In this document: positions 58,201 to 64,000 of the stretch, one piece after another
Layout of the letters: each line of letters begins with the position of its first letter
How positions within the stretch are numbered: the stretch's first letter is position 1
From: Cyanophora paradoxa CCMP329
Taxonomy: Eukaryota > Plantae > Glaucophyta
Length of the DNA: 64,000 nt
Assembly (NCBI GenBank): GCA_004431415.1
Contig: QPMI01000284.1
Coordinates: 224 to 64,223 of the forward strand
Direction of reading: 5' to 3'
Notes under the pieces: generated by a model
Told to the model about the DNA's origin: nothing
What the model saw: the letters and a program-made list of their open reading frames with translations, nothing else
Databases searched by the model: none
Program-made: the position numbers and the translations under genes

Positions 58201-61200
58201 CGCCGGCGCCTGCCCGTAGCCGCCCTGCCCGCCGTACTGCAGCCCCTCGTTGGCGAAGGAGGAGAAGCCGCCCTGCGCGCCCGCCTGCTGGTAGGCCCCG
58301 TACGGCTGCGGCGGTTGCCGCTGCGAGCCGTACCCCGCCTGCTGCGGCTGCGATGGATGTCCGAACCCGTCGGCGAAGCCCTGAGGGGGCCCGGCGCGCG
58401 GGTCTTGGCCGGCCCACTGGCCCCCGTAGCCGCCCTGCTGCTGCGGCTGGCGCCAGTCGCCCTGCTGCGGCACTTGCCGCCAGTCGCCCTGCTGTTGCGG
58501 CTGCTGTTGCCAGCCCTGCTGCGGCTGCTGCGGCTGCTGCGGCTGCTGCGGCCAGCCCTGCTGCTGATGCTGCCAGCCCGGTTGTTGCTGTTGCCAGCCC
58601 TGTTGCTGTTGTTGCCAGGCCTGCTGCTGCGACTGCGGCTGCTGCGGCTGCTGCGGCTGCTGCTGCGACGGCCCCTGTCCCGGCTGGGCGGGCCCCTGTT
58701 GCCGGCCGTGATGCTGCTCCTGTTGCTGCGGGTGCTGCCACTGGCTGTGGCCCTGCTGCGGCTGCGGCTGTTGTTGCCAGGCCTGCTGCTGCTGCTGCTG
58801 CTGCTGGGGCGCGTGGGCGGCGCTGGGGTCCTGGGGCCAGCCGCTGGGCGTCCCCGGCTGCCTCCAGTCCTGCTGCGGCTGCTGTGGCGGCTGCTGGGGA
58901 GGCTGGGGGGCGGGCGCCGCGTACTGCTCCCACTGTTTGCCCATGTCCTGCCCCGCGGGGATGGGCTGCTGCCAGCCCCCCGCCGCCCTGCGCGCCCCTG
59001 CCGCCGCCTCCGCCGGGCCTCCCTGCCCGTGCGGGACCTGCCCCTCCGCCGCCGCCGGCTGCGGCGGCTGCGGCTGCTCCGGAGCGCCAAACGGCTGCTG
59101 CTGCGGCGGCGGCGGCGGGGCGTCCCGGTGCTGCCCGCCGCTAGTTGCCCGCGGAAGCGGCTGCTCCGCGACCCCAAACGGCTGCTGCTGCTGCTGCTGC
59201 TGCTGCCCTCCGCTCGTCGCCCGCGGCAGCGCCTGCGGCCGCGACTCCTGCCAAGGGCCGGCCGAGGGCACAGGCCCCGCCGCGCCCTCCGGGAGAGAGC
59301 TCCCCGGCGCAGCCGCCTGCAGAGGGGATCAGAGGGGCGTGGGAGAGGGGCGGAGGGGCGCGGACGGAGTGCGGGCTCGGGGGCGGCTGTCCTTGCTGCC
59401 CGCCGAAGGCCTGGCTGGCGAGCTGGTCGAAGAACCCGACGTCCTCCCCGCCAGACGCCGGCGCCCCTGCCGCGCCCGCCCTCAGCGCGCGCCGAGCGGG
59501 CACCTCGAGGCCTGCGCACCGAAACCGGCAAAGTTCGGCGAGAACGCGCCGTTCTGCCCCGACCGCGCCGCCGGCGGCTTCGGCGACTGCGGCGGCGGGT
59601 TGTGCGGGGAGGGCGGCTGCGAGGGCGGCCGTGCAGGCGGGTGCGGCGGCGGGTGGGCCGGCGGGTGCGGGGGAGGGCGGGCGCCCCACTGGGGAGAGGT
59701 GGCGCCACCGGCGGGGGGCGAGTGCGGCTGATTGGCCCACGCGGAGGCGTCGGGTGGCGGCGGGGCGGCCGGCGGGCTGCCTCCTTCGAGCGAGCCGCGC
59801 CGCCCCTCGGCGCCGAGACCCCGCTGCAGGGGTGTCGCTCCTTGCGACATGGAGCCCTGCGCCTGGCGCGGCGTGTGCTCTCGCGGCGTCTGCTGCTGCG
59901 GCGGCCCCGAGGTGGCGCGGGAGAGGGGCGGAGGGTCCTCCGCTCCGGCGGCCTCCGGCGCGGCGCCGATGGCGGCGGCGGGGTGGCCGTCGAAGCCGCG
60001 GCCCGACGCCTGCCGCGGGAGCGGCGGCGGCGCGGCGTGACCGTCCGCCGGGCGCTGCTGCGGCGAGCGCATCGACGCTGCCGGCGGGCCGGCGCTATCC
60101 AGCGGGCGCATGGGCGGCGATAGGGGCGCTCCTTCGCCGGACCCGAGCGGAGTGGGGCCCGGCGGTGACTTCGCTGCGGCCGACGCGCTGAAGTTCGGCG
60201 TGCTGCTGCCGGGCGCCGAGGGGCGGCGCTCTGCGCTGGCGCCGGACACAGAGGGGCGACGCTCCGCACTGGCGCCGGGCAAAGAGGGGCGGCGCTCTGC
60301 GGGGGCAGGGTGCTGGGAGGGGGCGGGGGCGGGAGGGGGCGGGGGCGGCTGGGGCGGCTCTGGGCTGACGGCGGCGGAGAGGCTGTCGAAGAAGGCGTTG
60401 GGGTCGTCGGTAAAGCCGCCGAGCGTGTGGCCCGTCGGCCGCGTCTGCTGCGCCGGCGGCGGCATCCCCGCCCCCGCCGCCCCGTTCTCAACCGGCGCGG
60501 CCGCCGCCCGCTCCTGCGGCGGCGTCTCCGGCACCGACGACAGCTGCGGCAGGCTCAGGCGCACGGGGGTACCTCGGGAGAATGCGTGGGCAGTACCGGG
60601 GCAGGGTTCGGGGAGGGTTGCGGAGCGTGTGACGACGCAGCATGCAAAGGCGCAGGCTGTGAGAAATGCTGCCCGTATGCACTGTAGTACCGGCTGGCAT
60701 CTACCTGTTGTTGCTCATACCATCCATACCCCGCTTGCTGTGAAGGATACCCGCTAGGCTGCTGATACGCCTGCGCTGGCTGATAAGAAGCCTGCGACAC
60801 GGGCAGCTGGTGCGCCTGCGCCGCCGGCTGCTGGTACGCCTGCGCCACGGGCTGCTGATACGCCTGCGCCGCCGGCTGCTGGTACGCCTGCGCCGCCGGC
60901 TGCTGGTACGCCTGCGCTGCTGGCTGCTGGTACGCCTGTGCCGCGGGCTGCTGGTACGCCTGCGCCGCCGGCTGCTGGTACGCCTGCGCCGCGGGCTGCT
61001 GGTACGCCTGCGCCGCCGGCTGCTGGTACGCCTGCGCCGCCGGTTGCTGGTACGCCTGCGCCGCCGGCTGCTGGTACGCCTGCGCCGCGGGCTGCTGGTA
61101 CGCCTGCGCCGCGGGCTGCTGGTACGCCTGCGCCGCGGGCTGCTGGTACGCCTGTGCCGCCGGCTGCTGGTACGCCTGCGTCGTCGGCTGCTGGTAAACC

Positions 61201-62868
61201 TGCGCCACGGGCTGCTGGTACGCCTGTGCCGCCGGCTGCTGGTACGCCTGCGCCGCCGGCTGCTGGTACGCCTGCGCCGCCGGCTGCTGGTACGCCTGCG
61301 CCGCCGGCTGCTGGTACGCTTGCGCCGCCGGCTGCTGGTACGCCTGCGACGCGGTCTGCTGGTGCGCCTGCATCGTCGGCTGTTGGTACGCCTGCGCCGC
61401 CGGCTGCTGGTACGCCTGCGCCGCGGGCTGCTGGTACGCATGCGTCGTGGGCTGCTGATAAGCCTGCGCCGCTGGTTGCTGGTACGCCTGCGCCGCGGGC
61501 TGCTGGTACGCCTGCGCCGCCGGCTGCTGGTACGCCTGCGACGCGGGCTGCTGGTACGCCTGCGATGCGGGCTGCTGGTACGCCTGCGCCGCCGGCTGCT
61601 GGTACGCCTGCGCCGCCGGCTGCTGGTACGCATGCGTCGTGGGCTGCTGATAAGCCTGCGCCGCCGGCTGCTGGTACGCCTGCGCCGCGGGCTGCTGGTA
61701 CGCCTGCGCAGCCGGATGCTGATGCTGCTGCTGCTGCCACGATGTGCTATGTTGATGCGCAACGGTTGCTTGCGCTTGCGCTGGGTGCGCTTGCGGCTAC
61801 GCAGGAGGGGCGTCACGCTGGTATCAGAGTGGACATTAGTGAGCCAACGAAAGGGAAACGCACCTGCCCCGGCTGATGCGGCATGGAGCCTGCACCATGC
61901 GCGTTTCCCTGATGCGTGTTGGCAGAAGTTGCACCAAACAAAGATGGCGAGGGCCGCACGGGTGCGGTCGTCGGTGGCGCAGGCGAAGTAGAAGTCAGGT
62001 TGGACTGTTCCAAGAACCCCTGTCCGAACGACGCGTCGTGCAGGCCCGCTTGCACCGGTGAATTAGCGAAAAGAGAGTCCGGAACTGGTGGACCGGCTGC
62101 CTTCACAGCGGGAGCAGCTGGGGCAGGGGGACTGAAGAGGCTGCTGGCAGAGCTGTCGTCCGCTCCGAAGAGCGAGTCTGGGATGGCCGCAGCAACAGCT
62201 GCAGCTGAGGGCGCCGATGGAGGAGGGCCAAACAACGAGCTGTCGTCTCCCGGCCCGCCAAAAAGAGATTCCGGAATGCTCTCGGCTGGAAGAGGAGCTG
62301 AGCTTGACGAGGAGCGCGCCGGCTTCGCAGGCGCGACTGGGAAAAGGCTGGTTGTGTCCGCCTCGTTTCCGTACTTGGACGAGAAGAGGGAGTCCGGGAG
62401 CGCCTGCGGAGTATCCTTCTTCACAGACTTCGGGGCCTCTGGCGCGTTCACCACGATGGGCGATTTCTTGGAAATCGGGACCGGAAGTGGTGGGGCGGAG
62501 TCAGGCCCATCGGAGAAGAACGGGATGGCGCCCTCGATGACTCCCTTCTTGGTTTTGGACGGTGGGGGCTCAATGGCAGGCGATGGAGGCGCTGCAGGCG
62601 CCGGCTCTGGGGCGGGGACGGCTGGAGGTGGTTGGGGAGTAGGATCGGACGTGCGATTGGGCTCGGGCGCATCGGCGACGGCGGGTGGCTTCGCATTCGA
62701 TGCGCTCGCGTCCTCGACCGCTGCGGCCGGCGCACTCAGCGGAGATGATTCGGGCGCACTCGGGTCGGCGGCAGCGGGCTCGGCGGGAGCTGGCTCTGCT
62801 TGCTCATCCTCCGCCTCCGGAGCAGCTCTCGCAGCGGCGGCTCCCTTGCCGCCCTTCTTCTTGGTCAT
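55280..62868 (-). CDS. SEC16: COPII scaffold Sec16
   Basis: Long disordered N-terminus; HPLVRFGFGGRL, ELWGVALLVAS, LENWQENLCILLANRT, MGDALW, AAHVCYLLA, RLVLLGADH, RTEALEY, LQPYKLYLA, AKLGEENQFYYDKEHKMW, RSRYVDTF. Confidence 0.92.
60805..61710 (-). repeat. Coding 24-bp minisatellite, ~37 units encoding QQPAAQAY inside Sec16
   Basis: Plus-strand unit CTGCTGGTACGCCTGCGCCGCCGG; open frame on the minus strand continuous with the Sec16 exon. Confidence 0.95.
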
Positions 62869-63367
62869 CGCAAGATTTATTCTACCCCTTCGACAAAAAA
62901 ACCGCTGTCATCGCATCTCGGCGCGGTCGGCGGTGAAGCCGGCAATCGGCTAATCGGCTTAGCGATCGAGGCACTGAGTGTGTCGAGGCTCCATTGCAGT
63001 CGGCTTTCCGTGAAGAGCCGAGAGCCTCGGAGGGCGCATCGATCGTACATCCCGCGGCCGCTCATGGCAAACTGAGCTTTCTTCGAGCCCAACCGCCTCC
63101 GGTTCTCTCCCCTTCTCCCTAGACGTTGGCGTCGCATCGTGGTGTGCGCTCCGACCGGCCGCCGCTTCTCTAACCCTCGCGTTCTGACGGCTCTTGCGTG
63201 CTCAGTTGAGCTAGTGACGCGAACCCTTCCGTCATCTCGGGCGAGCTCGGTCACCGTCGGCCAGCTCGGCGCGAAGACTGAAGGCGGACACGTTCGCTTG
63301 CCCTACAGCCCAGAGCTGCATTGTCTCCACTTTGGAGCACCTCCCGCGCGACGCGCTCACCAAAGCC

Positions 63368-64000
63368 ATGGGAGCAGCGGACACAAGTCCCGGTGAGCCG
63401 AGCTCCAGATCGCTGCGTCCACTCCAGTTTCTCCCTAGTTGCAAAGAGTTTACAGCTAAGAAGCTCTGCTTAAACGAAGGGACACCGCCCTCGTGCTAGA
63501 CCCAGCAGAATCCGGCGATTGACCCTTACGTCCCGCGCTTCGTGCATCCTTTCCGAGCCCTTCTCTCAGCTGATCAAGATATTTTATTGCAGGCTCGTTA
63601 TTGATAACAAGAGATGCTTCCGGAAAGGTTGCTTTTTTCTTGCTTACAATGTTCTGTCTTTCTTGCTCGCTCACCGCGTCCCCTCACACACCAGTTTGCG
63701 GTCTGCGTCATTCAAGGTACAATCCGTTCTTCATTTTGCTCTCTTTCGGACCGCTCACGGCGCCATGCAGTGGACGACGATGCCGCGCACTCTCTGCTTT
63801 CTGTGCGTCCGCCACTCGGGGCTTCAGCGGCGCACGATCGGTCGATTTCTCGCTCTGACTCCTCTTTCTAGCGTCTTCTGGACGTCCTGGTGTCGCAAAG
63901 GCTGCATTGCATGGCGCTCAGGTACTTCTTGGACGAAGGGACGCCGACGCTGGTGTGCAAGGTGACGGGCATCGGGGGCATCGGTGCGCGGGCGTTCGCG
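63368..64000 (+). CDS. Possible 5' part of a gene running off the window
   Basis: ATG followed by a GTGAGC donor at ~63393, and a later coding-like exon RLLDVLVSQRLHCMALRYFLDEGTPTLVCKVTGIG; exon chain not resolved. Confidence 0.3.

Noticed and set aside
60810-61991. ORFs of RLRRRLLV, RRRRTSS or PAAGTPA repeats
   Set aside because: Alternative frames and strands of the 24-bp minisatellite; only the QQPAAQAY frame joins Sec16
1-64000. tRNA or rRNA genes
   Set aside because: The GTTCGA hits inspected lack cloverleaf context, and no rRNA-like sequence was seen

Overview
Very GC-rich, gene-dense eukaryotic nuclear DNA, not prokaryotic. Genes are broken by many short (~50-90 nt) spliceosomal introns, so most ORFs in the supplied track are fragments or antisense artefacts. 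Three proteins start with Phe-containing plastid-type presequences (MAFV..., MAFT..., MSLAPAF...), which suggests a glaucophyte such as Cyanophora (inference). About 20 genes were spliced by hand: LUMINIDEPENDENS/PNUTS-like, two tandem FAR-17a/AIG1-like genes, a stand-alone GINT1 N-terminal-domain protein, a very large TmcB/C-like membrane-PAS hybrid histidine kinase, RPL17, a plastid-targeted FemAB-like GNAT, a Myb/SANT-like protein, a four-domain GT49 glycosyltransferase, V-ATPase C, CZIB, a micro-exon orphan, GNL3/Nug1, an ElonginC/SKP1-LRR fusion, CMC1, NELF-B, Ycf45, a small plastid membrane protein and Sec16. Non-coding features include a hAT-type MITE with an 8-bp TSD, an adjacent modular 11-mer/hairpin array, a recurrent AGATCTAGA motif, and an intron grammar with frequent GC donors and (CCCCG)n tracts. 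Gene coordinates span first to last codon including introns, and boundaries are manual estimates.
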